A stretch of 64,000 nt of DNA from the human T2T-CHM13v2.0 reference genome, Homo sapiens. Location: assembly GCF_009914755.1 (NCBI RefSeq), contig NC_060927.1. One strand, 5' to 3'. Positions 51,683 through 64,000 of the stretch are shown here, one piece after another. The position numbers were made by a program, and so were the translations under genes. How positions within the stretch are numbered: the first letter of the stretch is position 1; each line of letters opens with the position of its first letter. The notes under the pieces are model-generated. The model ran no database searches and had not been told where the DNA came from. It worked only from the letters and a program-made list of their open reading frames with translations.

Positions 51683-52410
51683 TAAATGGATGTTGAATTT
51701 TATCAAGTGCTTGTTCTGTGTCTATTGAGATGATTGTATGGCTTTTGTCCATTCTGTTAATGAAATGTATGATGTTTATTGATTTGCATATGTCAAAACA
51801 TCATTGAATCACTTGAAATGAATCCCACTGGATAATTAAAGGTAATCTTCTTGATTTCTTGTTGAATTTAGTTTGCTAGTATTTTGTTGAGAATTTTTAC
51901 ATGCATGTTTACTGGGATATTGGTGTATAACTATAGTTTCTTGGGGTTTTTTTGTTTTGTCCTTGTCTGCTTTTGATTTTAAAGTAATTCTAGCCTTGTA
52001 GAATTAGTTTATAAGGATAATCCCTCTTTTATTTTTTGAAATAATTTTAGAAGAATTGGCATTAGTTTGGCTTGGTAGAATTCACATTAAAACCATCCAG
52101 CCCTGAACTTTTCTTTGATGGAAGACTTCTTATTTCTGACTCAATCTTATTACTCCTTGTCTGTTTGGATTTTCTGTTTCTTCATAGTTTCATCTTGGTA
52201 AGTTGTGTGTGTCCAGAATTTCATCCATTTCTTTTAGGTTTTTCAATTTTCTGGCACATAAAATGTTCACAATAATCTCGAATAATCTTCTGTATTTCTG
52301 TGATGTCAGTGCTAATCACTTTTTTGTTTCTAGTTTTAATAACTTTAATTTTAATTTTAATGACCTTTTTGTCTCTAATTTTATTTGAGTCTTCTCTTTA
52401 GTCTAGCTAG

Positions 52411-52817
<407 letters not shown>

Positions 52818-54216
52818 TGTTTCTTTTGTTTTATCCGTTTGGAATTATTCTTGTTTTTCTAGTTCCTTGAGTTACAACATTAGATTTCCATCTTTTGATT
52901 TATAGATTAACTGCTATGAACTTTCCTCTTAGTACTGCTTTTGTGATATTTCATAGATTTTGATATGATGCTTTTTATTTTAATATGTTTCAAGTAATTT
53001 TTTAATTTTAAAATATTTTTTCATTGATTTTTTGGCTGTTTGAGAGCATGTTGTTTAATGTCCATGTATTTGTATAATTTCCAAGTTTTCCTGGTATTGA
53101 ATTCCAGTTTTAATGCAATGTAGTCAGAAAAAACACTTGATATGATTTTAAATTTTTAAAAAAATTTTGGAGTTGTTTTGTGGCCTATTATATGATCTAC
53201 CTTGGAGAATGTTTTATGTGCCACTGAGAAGAATATGTACTGTGCAGTTGTTGCGTAGAATGTTCTGTACATGTCTGATAGGTCCCTTTGGTCTAGGTTG
53301 TAGACTAACTTCACCGTTTCTTAGTTGATTTTTTTTTTGTCTAGACGATATCTTTTGCTGAAAGTGGGATGTTAAAGTTCCCTGTTCTTATTGTATTGGA
53401 GTTTATCTCACCTTTATGGCTTGTTAATATTTGCTTTATATATTTAGGTGTTCTGATATTGGCTGCATATGTATTTACAATTGTTACGTCCTCTTGTTTA
53501 ATTGACCTTGTTATGATTATATAATAGCCTTATGTGCCTCTTTTTAGAGCTGTAGATTTAAAGTCTATTTTATCTGACATAAGTCTAGCTACTCCTGCTA
53601 TCCTTTGGTTTCCATTTGCAAGGAGTGTCTCTTTTTTCCATCACTTCACTATCATTCAGTGTCCTTACAAGAGAATTAGGTTTCTTTCTAAGCAGCATGC
53701 AGTTGAGTCTTGTTTTTCAATGAAACCAATCACTCTCTGAGAACTTAATTCACATTTAAGATAATTATCAATAAGCAAGGATAATATTGCCATTTTGTTT
53801 CATTAGGTTTTGTTTTGTTTTGTTTTTTGTAGATTTTTTTCTTCTTTCCTTCCTCTCTCTTGCTGTTTTCTTTTGTGGTTAGGTGCTTCTCTCTAATAGT
53901 ACGTTTTGATTCCGTGCTTTTAATTTTTAGTGTATCCACTATAGATTTTTGTTTTGTGGTTAACATGAAGTGTTCCAAAAATATCTTGCAGTTAAAACAA
54001 GTTATTATAGGATGAGAGCAACCTAACTTTAATTGTAAAAATAGGAAATTTAAAAAAGGAAACCAAATAAATAAATGAATCTACAATTTAACTTTATTTC
54101 CCCCCACATTTGGAACTTTTCACATCCCACATTACATAATATTATAGTTCCTACATTTTTTTCAAATTAAAATAGTCGTTATTTTTTAGTAATTTGTTTC
54201 TTAAGTCTTAATATTA

Positions 54217-54552
54217 CATCCACACTCACTCTTACTGTGCTGGCACAATTTAGACATGCCAATGAACCTAACATGCACATCTTTGGGATGTGGGAAGAAA
54301 CTAGAACACCTGGATAAAACACAAGGTGATGTAGGGAGATAGCAGTCCTGGCTAGGAATCAATTTTTTCTCATCTATGTTATAACAAAATGACATTAAAG
54401 AAATTAATGCTATCTCTAGACTTTCTATACTGCAAATGTGGTGTGTAAACTGCTTATATCTTTAATATGATAAAAATTACTTTCACTGTAACTTGTTTTA
54501 CTTGAAGTTGCAGCTACCAAGACCTTACAACTATTTTAAGATAGGACTTATG
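54217..54552. mobile_element. MER6/MER6A (Tigger-type) relic, in two oppositely oriented pieces
   Basis: 'ccaatgaacctaacatgcacatctttgggatgtgggaagaaac' (5' part, minus strand) and 'cttgaagttgcagctaccaagacct...aggacttatg' (3' end, plus strand). Confidence 0.7.
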
Positions 54553-55079
54553 TATCAGAGTATTCTTAGTTTCCCTGTAAATTTGCTCTTACCAGTGAGC
54601 TGTATACCTTCAGATGTTTTCTTGTCGCACATTAGCATCTCTTTCTTTCAGTTTGAAGATCTCACTTTAGCATTTTTTGTAAGACAGGTCTGATGGTGAT
54701 GAGTTATCTCAGCTTTTATTTTTACTTTTTGGTCTGGGAAACTATCTTCATTTCTGAAAGATAACTTTTTTGGATACAGAATGCTTAGTTGGCAATATTT
54801 TTCCTTCAGCATTTTGAATATATCATTCCACCCCCTCTGGTCTGTGTGTTTTCTGTGAGCAGTATATTGCCAGGTGAATTAGAATTCTCATATGTAGAAT
54901 TTGCTTATTTTCCCTTGCTGATTTCAGAATCCTCTCTTTGTCTTTGAAATTTGAGGGCCTGATTACAATATGTCTCAGGGCAGACTTATTTGCACTAAAT
55001 CTTAGCGGCCCTTGACCTTTATGACCCTGGTTCCAGGAGTATTATGTTTTTGTTGTTTCACTTTTTTGAAATTTTCTAA

Positions 55080-56820
55080 GTCATATTATTCACAAAAACA
55101 CTTTCATTTATTCTTCTCAATCTGTATACCTTTTATTTTCATTTTCTCTTAATATTACATAAACTAGGACTTCCAACACAATGTTAACAGAAGTGGTGAA
55201 AAAGGCAGTTTGCCTTACTTACGATCTTGAGAAAAAAGCATCTAGTTTCTTTTCATTATATGTGAGGTTAGTTCTAAGTATTTTGTAGGTGTTCTTTATC
55301 AGCTTGAGAAATTTGACCTCTATAGCTAGCTAAGAGTTTTATAATCAATTGGTATGAGTGTTTTATCAATTTTTTTCCTACATTTATTGATGTGACTATA
55401 TATTTCTTCTTTAAACAGGTTATCTGATGGATTACCTTAATTGAATTATGATTGTTGAATCAGCCTTGAATACATTAAATAAATCCTACTTGGTTATGGA
55501 ACGTAATTCTTTTTGCACATCTTTGAATTTGATTTGCTAATATTTTGCTGTGAATTTTTGCATTTTTGTTCATAAAAAATAGTCTGTAGTTTTCTTTCTG
55601 CATTTGATTTTGATATTAGGGTAATTCTTGTCTCACAGAATGCATTAGAAAGCATTCCTTGTGTTTCTATTTGATAAAAGACATTGTAGAAAATTGAGAG
55701 AATAATTTGCATGCTTTCTCCTTTTTAACTCATTATGGCATGTTTTATGACCCAGAATGTCATCTATCTTAGTGAATTTTTATGCAAACTTGAAAAGAAT
55801 GTGTGTTCTGCTATTGTTGAATGGAGGGATCTGTAAATATCAATTAGTTACAGTTGACTGAAGGGGGTTATCAATCAGCTATATTCTTATTGATTTCATG
55901 CCTCCTAGGTCTTTTAATTTTTAATAAAGGGGTATTAAAATCTCCAAATATAATTCTAGACTTTTCTATTTGTCCTTAGAATTCCATCAGAGTTTTTCCG
56001 TCATGTATCTTGATGCTCTATTAGGTGCATACTCATTGTTGTATAGTTCCTAAGAATTTACTTCTTTATCATTATCTAAAACACTTCTTTGTCTTTGATA
56101 ATTTTACATGCTGTGAAACCTGCTTTGTGTGAAACTAATGTAGCTACTCCAGCTTTATGTTGATTAGTATTAGTATTATATATATTTCTTCATCCTTTTG
56201 CTTTTAATCTACTTGTGGCTTTATATTTAATGTGGGCTTCTTCCAGAAAACATATAGTTGGGTCTTTATTGTTTATCTTATTTACTGTAACAATCTCTGT
56301 CTTATTTGCTATATTTAGACCATTCACATTGAAAGTTATTATTGATACAGTCATATTAATACCTACCATATCTGTAACACTTTTCCACTCGTTGCACTTG
56401 TTCTTAAGATTAATATTTTCTTCTTTTTCTGCCTTCTCTGGTTTTAAATGAGCATATATTTTATTCCATTTCCTCTCTTATCAGATCAATTTCTTTTTCT
56501 TTGTAAAAACTCTTTGGTACTTACCATAGAGTTTGAAATATTCATTTACAACTAATTTAAATCCACTTTCAAATAACACAGTACTATATTACCTCATGAG
56601 TAATGCAATTAATGCATAACAGAGTAAACCCAATCTTTTTCTCTCTTCCCATTTGTCTTTCATGTCACTTATCTGTATGCTATTAGCGTTCAATACATTG
56701 CTGTTATCATGGCTTTGAACACATAGTTATCTATTAGATTAAGGAGAAATAAATAAAATAAAATAATTTAATTTTTTTTCTTTTCTGTCATTCTATCTTT
56801 ATCTAAATAAGAGTTTCTGA
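55080..56820 (-). mobile_element. Older L1M (MC/MD-like) ORF2 fragments
   Basis: 'actaggacttccaacacaatgttaa', 'gctaatattttgctgtgaatttttgcat' and 'tttagaccattcacattgaaag'. Confidence 0.7.
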
Positions 56821-58399
56821 CACATTTGAATTTGTTTCCTATCCTCTAATTTATGGCTAGAGGATAAAAATAAATATTAAATCCTTCTACTTACTCAAAT
56901 TCTTTGATTGCTTGCCAAGTGGTCATCTCATTTTTTTTATTATTCTTTAGATAAATTTTACTCTTTTAATAGCACAGTTTTATGCTGTTATTTGTATTTT
57001 TAATTACACTAACAAATATGAGTCCAAAATTTTGTTTCCATTAACTTTAAGATTTCATGGTTAAATATGGCAATAGCTCTATGAAATTTCTAAAATTAAA
57101 TACTTTCAAATATGCATAGTATTTTTCTTTAGTTTATTAGATTATTGATGAGAGTAACTATCTTTTTAAAATATTCTATGTATTTCTTTTATACTTATAC
57201 ATCTAAATATCAAAATTTTATAAACAAATCTACATAAGTGGTTGTTTGATTATTTTTTAAAAATGCTAAGCCAGGTCATGCTACATTAAGAAGTCAATTT
57301 AAGAAAAATCTGTTTGATTAAGGAACTCCTTAATTTTCTACTATTAAAACTACCCATTTTTCTCATTTAAAGCTGATTTTTTTTCAATGGTTAATCGTCA
57401 CCCTGGGATTTTTCAGGGTGCTTGTGCACTGATATGGCTCAGCAGGAATGCCTAAACAGAACATTAACATGAGCAGTCGTGTGGGAAGATTAAAGATTAA
57501 AAGTTGCATTTAATTTTCTAATCAATGGGAGGGCAATTTACCCATGGGATGCTTCCTTCAGCAGGTTGCAAACCCAATAACTGTATATAATAGGAATGTT
57601 TTGGATTCAGTTAGAACTGAACTTTTGCCTTAAGATGAAAATTGTAATGTGCATAGGTATGACAAATTATTGTATTGATTTGTCTTGGTTTTATTTATGC
57701 CTTAAAGTGGAGGGACATAAAAACAAATGAGATAATATTTACTTAGAAAACTTTATAAGACATTGAAGAGTTTTTCTCCTCTCTTGCCTGCTATGCTTAT
57801 AATCATCATTCAGAAATACCTCTATCATCATCTTTTCTGTGAAATATTATTTCAGTTTATATTGTGGGATGATTAATATTCTATTTTTAGAGTTCCTGAG
57901 CCATATTGTGCATACATTCTTACAGCATGTATCCCTTTATATTTTAATAAGCATGTTGGATCTTCCTGCTTACATGCCTCACTGGTCCCTAACAAATTCA
58001 TTGCTATGTAATAATAAATAATAATAATTAATAATAATAGTTGAAGTGATTAATATTTTTCATCACTTTTATTTGACTTATTCTTTAAATGTTTCATTCT
58101 AATCCTTATAACAGCATTTTAGATGTTTAGAGAAGTTAAGTTGCACTGAGGATTATTGCAGTAATGATTCAGTAATGACTCAATTTGGAATTTATATCTA
58201 GATTTGTTTTATTCCAAAGGCTGATTTTTCCCCAATATAGAATGACTTGTTAAATGACAGCAGAATTCTAATTCTTAAATACATAAAAGAAAATAAATGA
58301 TAGTGCTGAAATTTTAGTTTATGTCATGCAGCCTGAGGCCATAACATGAAAAATACATGAAGACATAGTGAAACAAGCAAACAAAACAATGTGCATGTG

Positions 58400-58860
58400 A
58401 GTATAATGTTGGCTGCTATAGCAAATAATTACCAAACTAAGTGGCTGTCAATAGGAGGCTTTATTCTTAACTTATATAAATAGTCCACAGAGATTCCAAG
58501 TTGTTATTTTTGGTGGTGGGCAGGGGAGAAGTTATGTTCCTTAGTCATTCAGAATGAGGCTGATGGATTCTGTGCGACCTGCAATGGGGTAAAAGTTGCT
58601 GGCATTCTTGGGCTCTATCCCTCTAGCTAGCAGAAAAGGAAGAAATTGGATAATCACACATGGGAGCTTTTGATGGGTAAGATCTCGATGTAGTGAACAT
58701 CACTTCCACTGGCAAGAACTCAGTAGGAGTTCTTGCATCTCCTATGCATTCAATGGAATGCATAGTTTCATCTCCTATGCATTCAGCGGAATGCTTAGGA
58801 GACCGGGAGATCCAGGAATATGAGGGAGAAATTGCTTGTGGAGATTTAGCCATTTTCTAG
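58400..58860. mobile_element. MLT1-like LTR remnant containing a hairpin cluster
   Basis: 'gctgctatagcaaata...aagtggct' and 'catcacttccactggcaagaactcagt'. Confidence 0.45.
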
Positions 58861-60099
58861 ACTAGGTTGATTTGGTCACCAATATCCATTTTCCAACATC
58901 TCTCTAAAGGAGAAACCCATGCTTCTATTTAATCACTGCATCTGGCTCATGGTTTGCCTTTGATCTCTGAAGGAATACTATTTCCAAGTTTTAACATAAA
59001 ATTTGTGACGTACCAGCAATGAAAATCAGTATCAGCAAACTAGGGCTAATAAACTTATTAGCCTCAATATTCAAGCATCCCACCTCTTAAGTGAGGACTC
59101 GTGATATATAATGACATTTGCTTCAGATAGATTTCCAGTAAACTTCATTACAGGACTTTAGTAGTTTTTTATTCCTCTCCAGAATAGAATCAACACTGTA
59201 GTTTGTTGGGAACTGGAAAAAAAACAAGTAGTATAGAAAAAACTCTAGGAAAGTAAATGAATCTATATGAAAAAGAATGCAGACTGTAGCATTCAAAATT
59301 CAGTTGTTTGCAGCTCTTCTTTTCTCAGGGGGCAAATTAAAAAGGCAAAGACATTGTCCCAATTTAACACATGGATGCTGTAGAAATATGAAATATGTAG
59401 AGACAAACTATGATGGAAAAACTCTGAAATAATATAGAAGACACTGTATAAGAATGGCATAATTTACTTTTTCTGTTCAACAATGCATATAAGAAATTTC
59501 GTCATAATTCTATTTTTCAAGCATTAGATCTACTGAACATGTCCTCTTGATTTTTGAAGCATGTGTATTAAATGTATACAATTGCAAAACAACTGAAGTT
59601 TGTTACCACTATTTGTTATGTCAAACCACAGTTTAAATGTAACGTATTCTAAGGCCAGCAGAGTATTTCATAATCAGCATGAAAAATGTGTTTGGAAGAC
59701 AAGTTACAACTGGATGGTAAGAGTAAGTGAGACGGTTGACATTAAGAATGTTTACAGTGATTCTGAGCACCAAGAAGGGTGTTTGTTATAAAACATAACA
59801 CACAAGATCTGAAAAGGACTGAGTTAAATTATCACTCTGTGAGGCAAAGGGTCTGAAAAATTCAGATTAGTTTTTTTATCTTGTTTGTCTAGAAAACTTC
59901 AGAAAACATATTTATCTCAATTTTATAGATTTATGCAATTGATAGATATTTATAACTACTGAGCAATACGTCTATCTTAGAGATGAGAGTATGTTAATAT
60001 TAACTATTTATTGTTCATCAGGTCTTGTGCTAGAGACATTTCCTATGTTTTTCATTTAATACTTAAGTAAATACAATTATTATATTTAATAATTATGTA

Positions 60100-60261
60100 A
60101 CAGACCCGAAGATATAGGTTTTGTGGGGCTTGCAGTTTATGCAATATATGTGGCCATGCATTTTGCAATTTTTTAAAAAATTTTGTATACAGGAAGGATC
60201 CGGTACAAGTGAGAAGCACTGAAGCTTAAGCTTCTGTAGCTTCATGGTAAATCTGTCTCTA
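60100..60261. mobile_element. MER96B-like hAT relic inserted in a MIR (MIR continues to ~60370)
   Basis: 'ctgaagcttaagcttctgtagcttcatggtaaatctgtctct', followed by MIR core 'gatgagaaaactgag'. Confidence 0.55.
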
Positions 60262-62189
60262 CCAAAGGTAGAGATGAGAAAACTGAGTTTTTGAAAAGGT
60301 AAGTAATTTTCATAATAAGTAGTAAAACTGACTTTAAATCCACACACTTCTGAATCTGTGCACCATAATCTCTCAATTCAAAGCATGGATGATTTGAAAA
60401 TTGATCTGAAAAGGAAGAGAATGTGCAACTCTGATAGATCTACAGAGACAGTGCCCTATTTGCCATTCCCTTTAGTCACTGGGCCCAAATAGCTTGCTAG
60501 GATTGTGCAAAAATTCAGAGAAGTTATTTCTCTCCCTCTTCTATAGAATTAGAGAAGTAAATTTATATTTATATTGGGAAAATTGTAGCATTATAGAATA
60601 CGTTTTTCTGTATCTTTCTTCTCTCCTTTCCTACACTGAGAGCTCATCACATAAAGATATGCCTAACTGGTCTATCTCAGGATTTAGGACAGTGCTTGAA
60701 GCAGCAAATTTCTAATGATTATCTGCAATGTTTTTAAATAAACAATAGAAATTATCTTAGACTCAAGAATTTTTTCATAAAAGCAAATCTGTAAAAAAGA
60801 TTCATACTTATGATCCAAAATAAGTGTTGATTGATACATTTGTAAATTAACGCTACAACCTGTATAGAAGCATCTGAAAGTCAGAGGGTGGGACAGTAAT
60901 CACTAGATGTTCTCTCAGAATCCCTTGTGCACTGTGCGAGTCATCTATCTCAAGACTTCAAGGTTACTGACATCCATGCTGGGTGGAAATGTACACTGTA
61001 TCTTACAGACTGCTTGTTAAAGTAACTTTTTTAATTGTGAATATTTGACCCCCAGCCATTATTCCATTGAAAGGGTATATATCATACATGTTTCTCATGT
61101 TCATGAAAACAAAAGAATAAATTAATAATGCTATGTGGAAAAAGATTAAGGAAAGAAGTAACCCTATTTGGCATGAAGTTAAATATGTTTATGACACTTT
61201 TTGTCACTATTTGTACTTTTTCTTTAACAAACCTCATAATCTCATTGCAAAGAAATATAAGCCAAGAGAAAATTATTGCCTCAAATGAAGACAGTAAATA
61301 ATAGTGAAGCTAGTTTTTGGGATGATAAAACCAGGAGTTTAAACCATATCAGTAATTGTTTTTCTTCTCCCAACCCATCTCTGTTTCCCTAATCTTATTG
61401 TATTCATTTCTGTGCACTGCAGAAGTGTTTTCTCCATTTTAAAGACAACACATGAGGCAGTAATTTTGAAGATTAAATCTAATATGGACAAGTAAAGAAA
61501 AAGGACTGTCTCCTGATTTCACCCAGAAATTCCTCAGTTATAGGCATTTGCCCTTCTTCTACCTACTTGATCATGGTTCTATAACAGTGATCAATAACCA
61601 GAGGGAAAAGAAAAATTTCCCAAAAGAAGGGGTACAATGTTAGTCCAAAAAATCAATGCATGCCTATCACAGTGATAGCTTTATATTAAAGTGAAAATGT
61701 GTACATTCTGTGTCTTCTTGAGTGCATATTTCAGTAAATGTGTTACATACTTCAACTTTGCCAGTTTTCCACATATTTCTCAGCTACATATATCCATACT
61801 TTGAAATTCTTGAGATTCATTATTCTTAACATTGAAACTAATTATTATTGTCTTACAACATCCTCCTTAGTTTACATACTTAAATTACTATATAGTTAAT
61901 CCTAGTAGCATCACTTTTTAGTTAATTGATTTTAATTCTGAAAACACCCTCTGCATCTAGTCTATTAAATGTTATTTAAATATCTACCCTACAATTTTTA
62001 ATTGTCCTAAATCATTGCAATTTCACTGTCACTTACTAATATCTTCTCATGCTAAAAGGATTTAAAACAGGGAAACACCAATTAAAACCTGTGTACAAGT
62101 TTTGCCTTTCCTCAGTTTTGTTCAACAACTTTCCCAATCCATTTAAGAGCAGTCTGTAGTATCTCTAATTTTTTTTAACTTTTGTGTAA

Positions 62190-62541
<352 letters not shown>

Positions 62542-63449
62542 ATCTCAAAAATTTTACTATGTGCATCGGTAAATATTCATTTTCCATTTGGGGGACTTTT
62601 GATGATGTATGTGTTTTTGTAGGAACTTATATTAGAAATAGTTGTGAGATACGCCCTTATTCTTTTCATTGTCATATTTTCCATTCTTTTAATTTTTGTT
62701 ATGCCTTCTGACATCTCTGGTCCAGTGGCTAGGATAAGCTGTATCACAAACCAAGCGCAAAACTAGGTTTTGTTCTTCAGTGCTAATCAACCAAATAGAA
62801 ATCTATAATGGCTCTAAAAAAAATCCTCATCCTTTGTGTGAAAATAAACTCCCATTTATTCACTTTACAGTTTTGTTTGCCTCCAATATCTGAACATTTG
62901 CCTTGTTGTTTCTATAAAATATTCTGGATTCTTTCCTCTACTAACCTTTAAAATCAATTAATTAATGCTTGTTTTGTTTTGTTTTATTTTGTTAAGGAAT
63001 CTTCATGTTATAATACATGAAATACTTTTTAACATATAAATGTACTTATAAAACTCCTAGTTTCTGAAGCACCCCTTATTATAATAGGAGGAATCCGAGA
63101 AAAAGGTAAATTAATGATGAAAATTTACATTGGAAAATTGGGAAATAAATCTTACTGAAATAGATTTTGTTCTTTATTCCCGCTATTGCCTGCAGAGCTG
63201 GAATGGTTATATTTAAAATTAACATACATTGATTATTTTATTTTTAGCAAACAAATGTTTTTGTATTACATCTTCAAATGCAAAGCATTTTTCAAAAGCA
63301 AACAGATTAAAATATCAGAGGTTTTGTGACTTATGGAATATTACAAATTACTTTTACATACATAACCAAATATTAGAGTAGATATGAAAAAACTATTCTA
63401 CAATGTTAAAGAAGCACTATTATTTTTTCTGGATTAGCTTTAGTGTATT

Positions 63450-63884
63450 TTTTTCTTTATTATGGTATAATTGACTAATAAAAATCATATTTTTAGTAAA
63501 AATGTTTTGATACATGTATATATTGTGAAATGATACTCACAATCAAGTATCAAACTAGTTAACATATTCGCTACCTCCCTCACATAGTTACTTTTATGTG
63601 TATATACCTATGTGTAGTAAGAATATTTAAGTTCTATTTCCTGGGTAATTTTCAAAGATGGGATACAGTATTATTAACTATAGTCACCATGCTGTACAAC
63701 AGCTTTCCAGAATTCATTCAAACTCTACAGCTGAAACTTTGTTTCCTTTGACCAACATACCCTTATACCACTACTCACCCCCATTGCTCCTGGCAAGCAC
63801 CATTCTACTCTCTGCTTCTATAAGTTCGAATATTTTAGATTCCACATGTAAGTGATACCATGTCACATTTGTCTTTCTGTGTCT

Positions 63885-63915
<31 letters not shown>

Positions 63916-64000
63916 CATTTAACCTAATATCTTCCTGGTTAATTCATGTTGTGGAAAATAGCAGGATGTACTTTTTTTTTTTTTTTTTTTTTTTAAGGCT
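63450..64000 (-). mobile_element. L1MA (8-10-like) 3' end with expanded poly-T tracts; runs off the window
   Basis: 'ttattaactatagtcaccatgctgtaca' and 'caccattctactctctgcttcta...ttttagattccacatgtaagtga'. Confidence 0.8.

Noticed and set aside
58736-58802. CRISPR-like palindromic repeat with 33 bp period
   Set aside because: Only two units, no unique spacers, no cas genes, and a primate genomic context
59320-59730. Possible exon (acceptor-like cttttctcag at ~59329, donor-like gtaaga/gtaagt at ~59717-59729)
   Set aside because: No continuous reading frame or recognisable protein; such splice-like words are common by chance

Overview
AT-rich primate (probably catarrhine or human-like) genomic DNA from a gene desert or a large intron. 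I found no protein-coding exon, RNA gene, CpG island or CRISPR array that I can support. Every ORF in the track is explained by Alu or L1 remnants, simple repeats, or chance. Roughly 55-65% of the window (estimated by eye) is decayed transposable elements: about a dozen Alu/FLAM copies, many L1 fragments including two long 5'-intact copies, ERV1/MaLR/ERVL solo LTRs, L2/MIR, and DNA-transposon relics (MER6, MER47, Tigger3, MER63, MER96B). Subfamily names come from remembered consensus sequences and need RepeatMasker/Dfam confirmation. I do not see a new biological system. The most notable sequence-level observations are a ~260 bp micro-inversion that scrambles an L1/MER6 junction (54209-54470), several long hairpins that look like template-switch products (2720-2855, 37622-37696, 38611-38632, 58712-58802), a nested LTR with an intact target-site duplication (TSD), and an 84 bp tandem duplication.
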